Assembly (NCBI GenBank): GCA_903813345.2
Contig: CAIIXF020000001.1
Location: 5,642,001 to 5,706,000, forward strand
Origin: Owenia fusiformis
Lineage: Eukaryota
DNA length: 64,000 nucleotides
Direction of reading: 5' to 3'
Shown here: positions 51,801-62,869 of the stretch, in pieces
Layout: each line of letters starts with the position of its first letter
How positions within the stretch are numbered: position 1 is the first letter of the stretch
Made by a program: the position numbers and the translations under genes
The notes under the pieces: model-generated
Database searches by the model: none
Told to the model about the DNA's origin: nothing
Seen by the model: the letters and a program-made list of their open reading frames with translations, nothing else

Positions 51801-54193
51801 ATTTATGGGGGGGGGGGGCTATGATCTCAAAAACGATCAATCATAGGGGGGTGTATCAGGTAGCATTGGAAAGGTTATTCAATTCCCAGTATTTTGAGCT
51901 TACTTTATATAATGTATATTGAGCCATTGTTAATGAAGAAATTCATATTCTAAGAACATTGGGGTTTATTGTTAAGTCAAAACTACTGAAAATTTGGGTA
52001 ACTTTGACAAGCTCTAACTTACCTCCTAGGGGGGGGGGGGTTAGAGTCACAATTTTAAGAAAATCCAAAGAATTCCTTAAGAGGAGGGGGGGGGGGCAGA
52101 ACTAATATATTTTCAAAGAAACTTAATGCAAGGGTCAAGTTGGGGCAAAAATAATATATTTTCAAAGAAACTTAATGCAAGGGTCAAGTTGTTGCTTCTG
52201 TTTGTGTTAGTCAGTATCATGGATTGTTACCTTGACAACCATCAAACACTTACCATTTAATCTGCATAAGCAAGTGGCTTGTTATTCCCTATGATACTAT
52301 TTATAGAACATTACTCAAATATGAACTTGATCAGCTTATCAGTTTCATTAGTTTAAAAAGAATGTAAAACGATCTTGGGTGGTTTGTTGATTATATAATG
52401 CATTCAGTTATATGAAATAGTGTTCTGATTGGCTTGAATTAGACACACCTTGCCTAGCTACAGTATGTGTGAAAATGATATTATTTCTGAGCATTAAAGT
52501 CCCCATATAAAGTTTAAACCACTTTGGCTTATATTGTAGTCTTATCCAATGTAATCAAAGTGTGATATGTGAAACCTTTTTTTAAATTTCAAAAAGTGTT
52601 TTTGATAGACTTTTTGTTCCAAAATTTGTGAATTTATTTAAAACTAACTTTTAGAGGTCACACATATACATGTATTTTAATTAGCCACAATTCACACCAA
52701 TGCATAGCATTCATCCTCGCATGTCTTTTGCTGAAAAAATTAGGAAAATCGGTTCATAAATAAGCGTGAAATGAACTCATCAGTGCATGAAAATGGTTCC
52801 GAGAAAAATGCATTTCAAAATTTTAGTTCTCATAGAAACCAATGGTACAATGATATCTAAAACATAATATATTCTTCCTTTTAACCTGGTTAGACAATTA
52901 ACATTGGTCTAGCAATTTAGAAAAGATTGACATCGAAAAAAAATTTCAATTTTTTTCAAAAGTCTCTAAAATAACTTTTAAAGTCATGACAAATAGTAAA
53001 TGAATGATAAAAAAATATTTTCAAACTTAAGACAGGGACTTTAACTGATTTTTATAATTTTATTTTGATATCAAAAATATGAATGCCTTATTACATTGCT
53101 GTCTCTGTACTCGGAATTGCCACCATCTATGATGATATCGCCTGGCTGTAATAGAGGGACAAGTTTCTCTATGAAGGCATCCACAGCACTACCAGCCTTC
53201 ACCAGCAGCATGACTCTCTTGGGGCGCTTCAGCTTGGAGACCATGTCCTCCAGAGACTTGGCTCCTATTATCTTAGTCCCTTTAGCTTCATTCTGGAGGA
53301 ACCTTTCAACTTTCTCAACAGTTCTATTGAAGGCACATACCTAGAATAATGTAGACAAATAATATTTGTTGTTTTTATTTATGTACACACACTTGTAAAC
53401 ATATAATCAACGAACACATAAATGTAAAATGGTACGGTTCATGGTGATTCCCGAGGCTAATTCCTTCATTTACAATTTTCCCAAAGTTTTGTTTGCATAA
53501 AGGTTTATATGTTTTGAAACCATCTTTTGACATCCATCATTTTACCAATATTCTAGAAAGGTCATGTTGTAGGTAGGTCAAATTACAAATACAACATGGA
53601 TAACAATATTGATGTTTTTGCACAATTTATGTACTAAGCAAACTGCATGAAATAAAATAGAAATTGTTTCCCTTTGTCAAATAAAAATAGCACCATGGGT
53701 ACTGGGCTCACATGGTATAGCGATTTCAGTCTAATTGACAGCGAGAATTGAGAATTTAAAACCTCATTGCCACTCTAAGAGAGCTTTACTTGGAGATTAA
53801 TGCAAATCCAAACCAAACAATAGTTTTTTGACAAAAGTGGTAGCCATTTTCGATTTTTAAAGATTTATTTTCAAGCCAGACTTGGTAATACACACGAGAA
53901 CATATAATTTTAATGCAAATGAAGTTACAATTTCTGAGCTCGCATAGAGAATTTTCCCTTTAAAAATTGCCATAATTATTGACAGACAGACAGACAGATG
54001 GACAAACAGACAGACAAGTGAGTGAATGCAATAGGTCACCGTATGAGCTAGTAATAAAAAAAATGTAACAGATACTTTTGAACACTGAAGCTGTGTAATT
54101 AAAAATATATGACTCACCACAAAGCCATTGTCGTTCATGTTGAGAATCAGGTTCTGACCCATGACGGCCAGGCCAATCAGAGCAATATCTGCG
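36776..54193 (-). CDS. PGD: 6-phosphogluconate dehydrogenase, decarboxylating; exons 2-13 complement(join(36776..36895,37601..37723,38030..38129,38481..38614,39119..39249,41936..41999,49780..49905,50591..50725,51021..51087,51367..51485,53095..53340,54118..54193)); first coding exon not resolved
   Basis: Hallmark motifs [84 protein letters not shown] and [12 protein letters not shown]. All junctions are GT-AG and in phase; 1441 nt, requiring a phase-2 upstream exon. Confidence 0.97.
37601..37723 (-). CDS. PGD: PGD exon 12
   Basis: [31 protein letters not shown]...LPANLIQ. Confidence 0.95.
38030..38129 (-). CDS. PGD: PGD exon 11
   Basis: [25 protein letters not shown]... Confidence 0.95.
38481..38614 (-). 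CDS. PGD: PGD exon 10
   Basis: [21 protein letters not shown]...[10 protein letters not shown]. Confidence 0.95.
39119..39249 (-). CDS. PGD: PGD exon 9
   Basis: [22 protein letters not shown]... Confidence 0.95.
39270..41728. repeat. 24-bp minisatellite (aatgttgggtttaatggatgatca), about 75-80 units, in a PGD intron
   Basis: Read directly from the sequence; interrupted at 39368-39928; 360-bp higher-order period at about 40.7-41.4 kb. Confidence 0.97.
39368..39928. mobile_element. Kolobok-like MITE inserted into the minisatellite
   Basis: TTAA|AGGGTGACG ... CGTCACCCT|TTAA. The TTAA is the one in the repeat unit gggtTTAAt, and the array resumes in register. Confidence 0.85.
41936..41999 (-). 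CDS. PGD: PGD exon 8
   Basis: [21 protein letters not shown]. Confidence 0.95.
42011..42687 (-). mobile_element. Full-length family B copy abutting the PGD exon 8 acceptor
   Basis: Both ends present (acaaggcattaatatgacaaaatatcaccacc ... atgtcaccactttttggtggtgata). Confidence 0.8.
45034..46001. mobile_element. Tc1/mariner-type MITE with long TIRs
   Basis: TA|cagtgcgtttcaaaaaaaaacgcaac ... gttgcgttttttgaaacgccctg|TA; inverted similarity extends more than 150 bp. Confidence 0.8.
46593..47570. mobile_element. Tc1/mariner-derived mirror element (two inverted 3' halves)
   Basis: Ends caaggtgtctcaaaa / ttttgagacactc. Both arms carry transposase C-terminal remnants ([10 protein letters not shown] on -, [11 protein letters not shown] on +). 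Confidence 0.75.
47850..47980 (-). mobile_element. Minimal family B copy (ends only)
   Basis: acaaggcataaacatgcaaaatgtcac ... atgtcaccgcttttggtggtgacataaaaa. Confidence 0.75.
48034..48246. repeat. About 112-bp tandem duplication
   Basis: atgtagatg...gcagcacaaatatt...gattgacgcctatgaagcaaatca, twice. Confidence 0.85.
49780..49905 (-). CDS. PGD: PGD exon 7
   Basis: [22 protein letters not shown]...KIRDSAGQ. Confidence 0.95.
50215..50500 (-). mobile_element. Short family A copy
   Basis: One to two units plus a ggac/ggat microsatellite and terminal tatccc...gggataaaa, matching 35830-36106. Confidence 0.7.
50591..50725 (-). CDS. PGD: PGD exon 6
   Basis: [33 protein letters not shown]... Confidence 0.95.
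50795..51017. repeat. About 30-bp degenerate minisatellite filling a PGD intron
   Basis: aatgcactta(a/g)gg repeated about 7-8 times. Confidence 0.8.
51021..51087 (-). CDS. PGD: PGD exon 5
   Basis: [22 protein letters not shown]. Confidence 0.95.
51367..51485 (-). CDS. PGD: PGD exon 4
   Basis: [39 protein letters not shown]. Confidence 0.95.
52498..53040. mobile_element. Kolobok-like MITE
   Basis: TTAA|AGTCCCcatataaagttt ... aaacttaagacaGGGACT|TTAA. Confidence 0.7.
53095..53340 (-). CDS. PGD: PGD exon 3
   Basis: [11 protein letters not shown]...RVMLLVKAG...[15 protein letters not shown]. Confidence 0.95.
54118..54193 (-). CDS. PGD: PGD exon 2
   Basis: [25 protein letters not shown]; ttccag| acceptor and |gtgag donor. 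Confidence 0.95.
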
Positions 54194-54376
54194 CTGGAAA
54201 TATAAAGATGAAAATTTTGTCTTCTCTCAGGAATTTGTGTGAGGGGGTATTACATAACATTCTATATGCTTGAAAATAATGTAGGCAAAACTTTAATCAA
54301 AATGATTAAATTCTGGAAAGGTGGCAACTAATGTCTGTCATGAAAGGTTTCATATAAATCATGAAAATATGCAATA

Positions 54377-54554
54377 CAGTAAAACTTGTGTATAGTGAAC
54401 ATTTTTTTGCCAAGAAAAAACGTTCACTGTAGGTAGGTGTTCACTAGAGAGAGGGTAATTTATACAGAAGTCAGTGGACTATGTGCGTAGGAAGGGTGTC
54501 CACTAGGGACAGGTGTTCACTAGAGAGAGGTGTTCACTAAGACAGGTTTTACTG
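54377..54554. mobile_element. pogo/Tigger-like MITE
   Basis: TA|CAGTAAAACtTGT..TAGTGAACA ... TGTTCACTAagACAgGTTTTACTG|TA, with internal gtgttcacta repeats. Confidence 0.8.
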
Positions 54555-56542
54555 TATGTTCAAAAAATATAGATCTCTGGGAATTATTGTTTTGATCATT
54601 TACACCAAGGAAAACAAAACTTACAGAAAGCAAATAATAAGGCCTTATTTAAAATCTATCAATTAATAAGTTACAATGATATGAAAACAGTTCTCATAAC
54701 TTAATTAAATCTATTGCTCTCTATGGATCAAGTTTATGGTGCAGCAATATAACTAGCAACCATGACTACCTAATTAATCTGGAAATCAAAATAAACACAA
54801 ATTTAAAAAACATTAAAATAGAAATTCACACTTAGCTAGGCAAGGTGTGTCTAATTCCAGCGAATCAGAACACGCTATTTCATATCACTGCATTCCGTTA
54901 TATAATCAATAACAAACAAGGTCACCAGTTAAACAGTTGTCATGGTGATGACTGGACTCTACAGATTGAAAGTGATACTTTGCCAACTTGGCCCTTCTTT
55001 TAGTGATTTCGTATCTTTTAGATGATTTTGTAAAAAATATTTTGCAATGTGTGAAAAGAATTTACGCCCTAGACTCAATGCATTGTGTAATGACCATTCT
55101 TTTCAGGCGTTGTTTCCTAAAGTTTACACTTAATGCCCTGCATCATGCTAATTTTGGAAAACAACACCTCCAAGGAATGGTCATTCCACATTGCATTTAG
55201 TCCAGGGCTTACTCCTTCATGTCCTTAAACAATCGTATGGAATATCTGAAACATGTTGCGGGGGGGGGGAAAGCAAAACTGAATTCCTCTAACATTAGTG
55301 TTACCCATGTAAATGTTGATGTTAATGTTATTTCCTCGACTCATGCTTGTTTACATCTACTTCTCTTGGCAGCATTCATAATGGTAGTGATATATTAAAA
55401 AAATATGTGACAAAAGTGGCAAACAGAGAATGGGAGTAAACCTGAAGTGACACGAAGTGGTTTTATAGGTGAAACTCAATATCCAGAGGGCAGGGTCACA
55501 TCTGAGTTGCATGTGTTGTGAATACTCTTCACATTTTATGATAAAGTTGAACCCCTCCTTCATGCATTTAAATATGTTACATAAACTTTCATTCAAAAGC
55601 TTGGGTTTAGGTTTCGTGTTTTCCTGATTTTTTTTATCCAATGTAAATTTAGCATAAATCTACTTATTACTAATCTATAAACTAGCTTTGAGTATAATTT
55701 TAATATGAAATCCAACTGAATAGCTTATATATATGAGGAGTGATCAAGTACAGGGTGTTCAAAAAAAACGCAACCCAAAGAAATCGCTATATCTTGGAAA
55801 ATACTTATTCAATTATATTCATTTTTTCAGGAAAGAAAGGAGAGACTGTGTATGTATAGCTCCTGTACTTGATTAGTTGTAAAACATGATGCCTTGGACA
55901 CCTGCTCAAAAGACAGTTGTACTAGGAAAATATGAAAAACGCAGTCAGGGGTGACTGCAACTGCAAAAAAGCTAAATAACTTCCTAACCATAGTGTTTTG
56001 GCTCTTCAAATTTGGCACAAATCATCTTCCTTGAATGTATGATAAATCTGTATGAAATCAAAATCACTCAAGGGACTTTTCAGTAACTCTTTTGACTGCA
56101 ATATGATTGAAATAAATGTATAATGAACAAGAACTTTTCAGTTATGGTTGAAATGCTTTCAAAACGCAGCCAAACTTTTTTGAAGACTTTTTGAAGACAA
56201 AATATGGTAATGCTTGTTGATATGTATTCATTTCAATGAAGGAGGTATAGGTATCCCAGGACTGACAATTACGCCTTTTCATGTTTTATCTTTAGTCAAA
56301 AGAAGTTTAATCACTAAACCTTTTACACCTTATTTCCAGATAAGTATTTGCTATCCCTTGGACTAGAAGAAATGGATTGGAATCGTCTGTTGACGCAATG
56401 GTTTCACTCTTATTTATCAACCAGGGAAACAGATAAAAAATTCTCTTGGAGTGGTGATCATTTGTTCATTCACCTCACAAATCAATTCATTCAAAACCTG
56501 AGAAAATTTGGATAGCTTGTAATTTATGTACAGATACATCAA

Positions 56543-58268
56543 GCCTAACCATCAACAACGTACAGTGACAAAACAGGCCATCGTACACTTTAGATGTACG
56601 GTATCACTATTCTAACTGATAAGAAGCAAAAACTATGATGTGGATGTGATTTAGGTTTTAAAAATTAATCTTAGGAATACTAAAGGATTTCATGTTTAAT
56701 TTCATATGTATTCAATTTGGAAGACATTTACCTTTCTAATTACGTTAAGAGATTTTCAAGCAGTGCTCAAGTTTTTTCCTAGTAAATCCACCCACTAACA
56801 ATGATCGGTTGAAAAAGGTTGGTTTTTTCACATTTCCTTTGGTCATCTTTTCCCCTGTTGCCTAGTTTCCAGATATTGCATAAACAGGATTTTAAAAAGT
56901 CATCTTCAACTAGCTAGTACAGATCTCTCTGTCAACTTCTTAAGATTATTGTAATTCATAAAAGTGTATCTTATTACGTTTAAGTACCAAACATCATGCA
57001 TTTAGCTCAATTTGCATCACCGTTGCGTTGTACCCTACCCCGCACGTTCAACTGTCATGCTTAATTTGGTGAACAACCTTTGAAGATTTACTTACAGTAT
57101 ATTGTTATTGGTTTGTACTTGAATTCTATGCAAATACATTTGCGACAGTTTCCCCTCTCACATGGCCTATATATTAATTTAAATGTGAGTAGTTACTATT
57201 AGACGGTGATGCTTAGAAGAAGTGATCGTACTCAAATCACATTCTCATATTGCAAGAAAGCTAATTAAACTTTATGTATCATTGAAGTACATGTAGTATC
57301 CTTGGTTTATAAACATTGAATACTGTTTTTATTTTGCCCCCGTTATAACAATTATAAAAATAAACATTGAAAGCATACGCCAAAACAAAACAAGCACGTA
57401 AGTTTTACAGAAAATACAAATTAAATCATTCATCATTTCAAATTAAAACTGAACAATATTACTTTAACTTTATTTAACCTAGAACCTTTGAACTCAAGCA
57501 CTTTCCAGATATAGCGTAAACTTGAAAGTCATCTTCGATTAGCTAGTATAGATATCTCCATGAACTCCTTAAGATTATTAAAATTCATAAAAGTGCAACA
57601 TAACATAACGTTCCGACGCCGAATAGTCAAAGAGGTTGGAAGATAACACCCCATGGTCAAATATTAATCACCATATCAACACTTTCATAAAATGAAATAG
57701 CACTCAACATGGGGTAACTTTTACCTGTTAATCTGTACCAGGGATACATGAACATGTTCATTGAACATCACTTGTTACTCATAAAACCCTTAACGCGTTT
57801 TGAAATTAAATCATTGCATTGTTTAATATTATATCTCATGCATTTCATTTACTGGGACAACGTACATTGGAGATGACTACGTACATCTTTAATTTTTTAA
57901 ATTATACCAAATTCATGAATATTTTAAACCTTCAACCGTCTTAAATTGTGTAGTTTAGAGAAACATATTCTCAAGATATGTGTAAAAAAACACATTTTTC
58001 CAACCGACCAACTACATGGGTAGATTAACAACGAAAAAAATTGAGCGCTGCTCGAAAATCTTTTACCATAATTAGAAAGCTAAATGTCCTCCAAATCGAA
58101 TACACACAAAATCAAACATGAATTCCTTTAAGTATTCCTCAAATTAATTTTTGAAAAGCTACATCAAACCTACATCATAGTTTTCACTTCAAATCAGTTG
58201 ATACTGACACCGTACACCTAAAGTGTACAACGGTATATTTTGTCACTGTATGTTGTCGATGGTCAGGC
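56543..58268. repeat. Diverged ~65-bp inverted repeat pair enclosing a ~110-bp direct repeat pair
   Basis: 56543-56610 vs the reverse complement of 58200-58268; 56866-56975 resembles 57502-57600. Confidence 0.6.
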
Positions 58269-59674
58269 GTGTACGAAATGAGGCTTTTGTATGTCACTTA
58301 ATATTGCATCTTATTTTAACATTCAAATAAATTGTTGAATGTAATCATGGCAGTAGAGACATTTCTAATGTTTCAAGCGTTCCATATCAAAATCTGTAAC
58401 ATATTGCCTTAGAAAACAAAGCAAATAAGACGTGGATTTTGCAATTTAAAAACTAAGGATTTTGCAAGGCTTATGCATATACAAACGTATCTAGATGTCC
58501 AAAAATCATATCCATGAATTTAAAAATGGTGGGTTTAATCTAACATTCTGTTGAAATCCCGTGTTGTTTTCAAACTCATATTTTATGTTTGTTTGAATAT
58601 TTAAGTCTACCATCAGAAATAAAGTGTGGCGTTAAATAAAGTGGCAGCAAAGAATACATTATAGTGTAAAATGTATATTGTAATTTCTATAATATAGCCT
58701 ATATTATACAGCTGGCAGAATATATAGTCCTGTTAGGAGGGGTTAGGCTATAGGGTGACCCAAAAAACAGAGCCCTCTAAAAGTGTAATGATTTCATAAA
58801 TACCTATCCTATAAACCCAATATTTTATGTGATTCAACAAGAATCTATTGGTGATGATATGATATCAAGTTTGTTACACAAAATTATTATTGTGATATCA
58901 TGGATGGTCTTAGAATGTGTCCAATTTTCAGAAAATCAACATTGAGACAAAATAGTAACTTGAGATTTTATGAGTTATTCAGAAGGAAATTCCATTGGAT
59001 GAATTATTGAGAATTGGTCCAATGGAAAGCAAAATGGTCATGAGTATTGCATGACATGTGATATTAAAGTCAAATATTTAACAATTAATGAGTTGGAAGA
59101 GGAAGAAATGAGAACTGTTAAACACCTGATTAGAAAAAATGATCCGCTTACACCTACCTAGGCCTACCCCCAAAATTAGTGGGCCCAGAAAGTTTTTTAG
59201 TTTTTGGGCCCCAAGATTTTGTATGGGCCTTAAAGGTGCAACAATTAGTGCAGGAGGGCCATTCAACGATCATCGACAAAATATATTTAAGTTTGTATAT
59301 TTCATCAAGACTAACATATATTTGTATCTACAAAGAAACCCCCTGGATAAACATTATTTCAGCTGATATTCCTCTTGAAACGTGGTGAATCTTTAAAATC
59401 TAAAAGTGGGACTCCCTTTACAGAAGCTTTGAACTGAATTAACACGTCTTAAAGCTGAAATTGAGAGTTTATCCATACATTTTAAGAAAACTGGAACTTG
59501 CATACCTAAAGTCGGAGACATCATGGGCTTTCTAATTGAAAGCCCATGGAGACATTAATAAACCTCAACCATCAAAAGTTGTCACAATGAGCTAAATTCT
59601 AAGTTTCCCAAGCGGTAGAAAAATAATTCCCGTTCACTTTAAGTAGCACAATAAATGAATCCAAAGCTTCATAC

Positions 59675-59731
59675 CTGCAAATGATAGATAAATTCCTACC
59701 AAATCGAACAAATGTTTTCATGAATCGCCAT
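59675..59731 (-). CDS. PGD: Candidate PGD first coding exon(s)
   Basis: Two phase-2 options: ATG at 59721 to CAG|gtatga at 59675 (MKTFVRFGRNLSIIC), or aaaaacATGGCG at 59731 to TG|gtagga at 59700 (MAIHENICSI). Both sit next to a promoter-like motif cluster. No homology support. Confidence 0.4.
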
Positions 59732-59743
59732 GTTTTTGATCCA

Positions 59744-59868
59744 AGGAGGATTGACTCCTAGAATGCAACATCAGTTAACCTTATTTACTCGTGACAGGTT
59801 TCAAAATGGCGGAATGGCATTTTGAAAGCGGGCACGTGTCATGTTGCATTCTGGGAGCCAATCCTCTT
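59744..59868. promoter_or_regulatory. Palindromic promoter-like element (CCAAT, TCCCAGAATGCA-type and AAAATGGCG motifs)
   Basis: Inverted pair gaggattgactcctagaatgcaacat / atgttgcattctgggagccaatcctc around an inner hairpin tttcaaaatg...cattttgaaa; CpG-rich; upstream of PGD. Confidence 0.5.
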
Positions 59869-60367
59869 TGCGGCGTATTCGGGCTCCAAAATCACCTCAA
59901 CATTTGAAGAGTCAGCATTAACATGTGAATATCCACTTCAAATTTTGAAGTTCCTATTTGTCATTATAGACACAAATTCCACAATATTTGGACTTACTAG
60001 GATGGAGAAAATAGAGCACTGAATACACTGAGGTAAGAATTTATTACATGTGCGACAGCATGTATTTTCATAGCTATAGTAATTCTTTATGTTCCCCACT
60101 GTATTGCTAAGGTTGTTGGGACACTTCCTCAATGATCTCAACCTCTAGGCCAGAGGGGGATTAACACCAGAGTTCAAAGATGACATACGCTTATAATGTA
60201 AACCTGTATTGAGATGACATACACCTCTGATTGGTCCAAATCGATAAACAAAAATGGTGGATTCAAAATTTTCTAATAACGCTTTGAATAATATTATGTT
60301 GATTCCTGACGTATTAACCAATATCATAGCTTGGATTTTCAAATCAAGATAAAGAAATATGCACATG

Positions 60368-61306
60368 CTATCTATTGCAAGACTTACGCCTGCCACAACC
60401 GTCGCCATGTTAATCAGTGTTTTTAAGTAGCGCAAGGATCCTGCCATGACCGTGGTAGTGTTAGCGTGTAAGCCTGGTATAACCGTGACAGGCTGGTATA
60501 ACCGTGACAATGCTGTATTATATTGCAAGGCCTGTCATGACCCTGGAAGTGTATCGTGGAAGCCTGGCGCGACCGAGCCTTTATTGTGGTTTATAAGCGA
60601 ATGTAAATATTAATGTACAGTAATTTTGATTTTGACATGATTAAGGTACATGTAGTTAAGCCTAAACACCATGATCATAGTATTAAACTGTTTAATTGTA
60701 ATGCCGATCACTTAAAATTGTTAAGGATATTCCTGGCATTAATGTCATACATATTTACTAGTCATTGCAATACATTATAACGGTCATAGTAGGACTAAGC
60801 CTAAATTTCTACATGGCCACCCTCATACCTGGCCTTGCAATACTATATTACATTGTCACGGTCATACCAGGCTTTGCGATCCCATAATACATTGCCACGG
60901 TCATGCCAGGCTTTGCAATACACATTGTCACGGTTATTGCAGTCCAAATCGTAAATTTCTACATTACCACTCTCATACCTGAACTTGTCATGCCAGGCCT
61001 TGCAGAATTATACAACATTGTCACGGTCATGCCAGGCCTTGCAGTACTACAGTATATTACATTGTCACGGTCATGCCAGGCCTTGCAGTACTATATAATT
61101 ACATTGTCACGGTCATGCCAAGCCTTGCAGAACTATATTACATTGTCCCGGTCATGGCAGGCATTGCAATATAATACAGCATTGTTGTGGTTATACCAGG
61201 CTTTCACGATAACATTACCACGGTCATGGCAGGATCCTTGCGCTACTTAAAAAACACTGAATAACATGGTGACGGTTACGCCAGGCGTTAGTCTTGCAAC
61301 AGATAG
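60368..61306. mobile_element. Foldback-like element with about 170-bp TIRs and internal ~40-bp tandem repeats
   Basis: cagtgtttttaagtagcgcaaggatcctgccatgaccgtggta vs taccacggtcatggcaggatccttgcgctacttaaaaaacactg; repeats acattgtcacggtcatgccaggccttgcag at 60830-61180. Confidence 0.8.
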
Positions 61307-62360
61307 GGTCTCGAAATATGTAAGGATTATGTTTACATCGATTAAAACATCATGACGACGCACTTAACTGGTGAGAATTTGCGCAAACGAAGGTGGTACG
61401 CATGAGAGGTATTATGTCAGTCATCGCTAAAGCTCTTGGGCTTTCCCTCCTCTTCCTCGAAGCCTAAATATTGAATGTTATGTAACAAATTTGGTTCCAC
61501 ATAGATAGTTTCTGTATATGAAAAATTAGCTGATTGCATATGTATTCGTGAAATTATTTCATTTTGAATGGCTCTGTTCTTTGGGTCACCCTGTAGAGCC
61601 TGTAGTAATTGTATAGCCTAATTATCAGGGATCGGTCTCAATCCATTGGTCTTACTTAGGCTAAATTTTAAAATGCGTTTAAACTATGGTGACATAAGCT
61701 TCATATTCTCGTTTATTAAACATACCGTAAACAAGAAAATTTGTTGGAGTAATAAGAAAATAATCAATAGAAACAGAGATGATTTTTTACCTTCCTTCCT
61801 CCATTTTAGGGGATTCCAGTGTCAAAGTTCGAAGATGGGATATTCCCTCCGGAAAATGTCGATGAATACCGAATACTTGATTCCGAATGTTTCATCGAAA
61901 TTACGACCGCTCAAAAAGTACGATCTGAACTGAAGTGGGTAGGAGTACGTTTTCAAGTACACAGGGGCCCCGGACAGGGGCATTAGTTTTTATACAGTGT
62001 TTTTTACAGTTTATAATTGGCGTGAATACAGTCATATTCGAATATAAAATACAAAACGGAATTCCGTCATACTGTAAGCATGGCTGTAAGTATGGCAATT
62101 ATAAAACTTTGAATTCCGACATTAGTCTATATTTTCCATGTGCTGAATACACAATTAGCGATCGTAGAAAAAGTTCTGATTCCTCTTCTCGGAACGTACT
62201 GCATTTGTTTACTTTTAGCATATGAGCATACTTCATGCTTGAATCTTATCCAAGGTATTTCTTCAAGATAATACAAAGTAACGTACGTTCGCTCTTTTAA
62301 TGCTATATTCTTGAAAAATTTGAGCGGTCATAGTTTTATCGGAACAGCTCTCTGAAGCAC

Positions 62361-62546
62361 GGGCCAGAACACGGGAAGGTAAGAATATTACGAAATCACT
62401 AGACGAAGTCTAATATCCAGCCAGATCTTTTCCCTTGGTTGATAACGTCTATATTATTAAGATAGAAATCGGGCCAGAACACGGGCTGAGAAGCCGAAGG
62501 TAAGAATATTACGAAATCTCTAATATCCAGCCAGATCTTTTCCCTT
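62361..62546. repeat. About 110-bp period local duplication
   Basis: gggccagaacacggg...gaaggtaagaatattacgaaatc...ctaatatccagccagatcttttccctt, twice. Confidence 0.8.
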
Positions 62547-62869
62547 TCCCATCTAAGATTTTCGGCATCTAAAAAGTCACTCAACTTTTTTGTGATTTTG
62601 AATCACAGAAAGCATTCTGAAGTTTCAAATTGGCGCCACGTTTAATTTTTGGCATCCGCCTAATGTATACCACTTACCCTTTGTTGATTCTTTCATAAGT
62701 TTCTGACATCATAAACTCAGTTTGACCAGAAGTATCTTTGTTGCTGCTCGATATTTTAAAAAATGTCCCTTTTCTATTTTCATACAAGGGTCATACATAC
62801 TAGGCATTTCTTACTTCCTGTGTAAGCTATTTGGATTTTGGTATAATAGCTTTCCCACGGAGCATTTGG

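Noticed and set aside
55751..55810. Left end of another CAGGGTG-type mariner MITE
   Set aside because: No matching right end found
60903..61250. Repetitive 115-aa ORF
   Set aside because: Derived from the ~40-bp internal repeats of the foldback element
58751..61592. One giant palindrome centred on 59810
   Set aside because: Sequence beyond the 125-bp core (59580-59740 vs 59870-60040) shows no inverted homology
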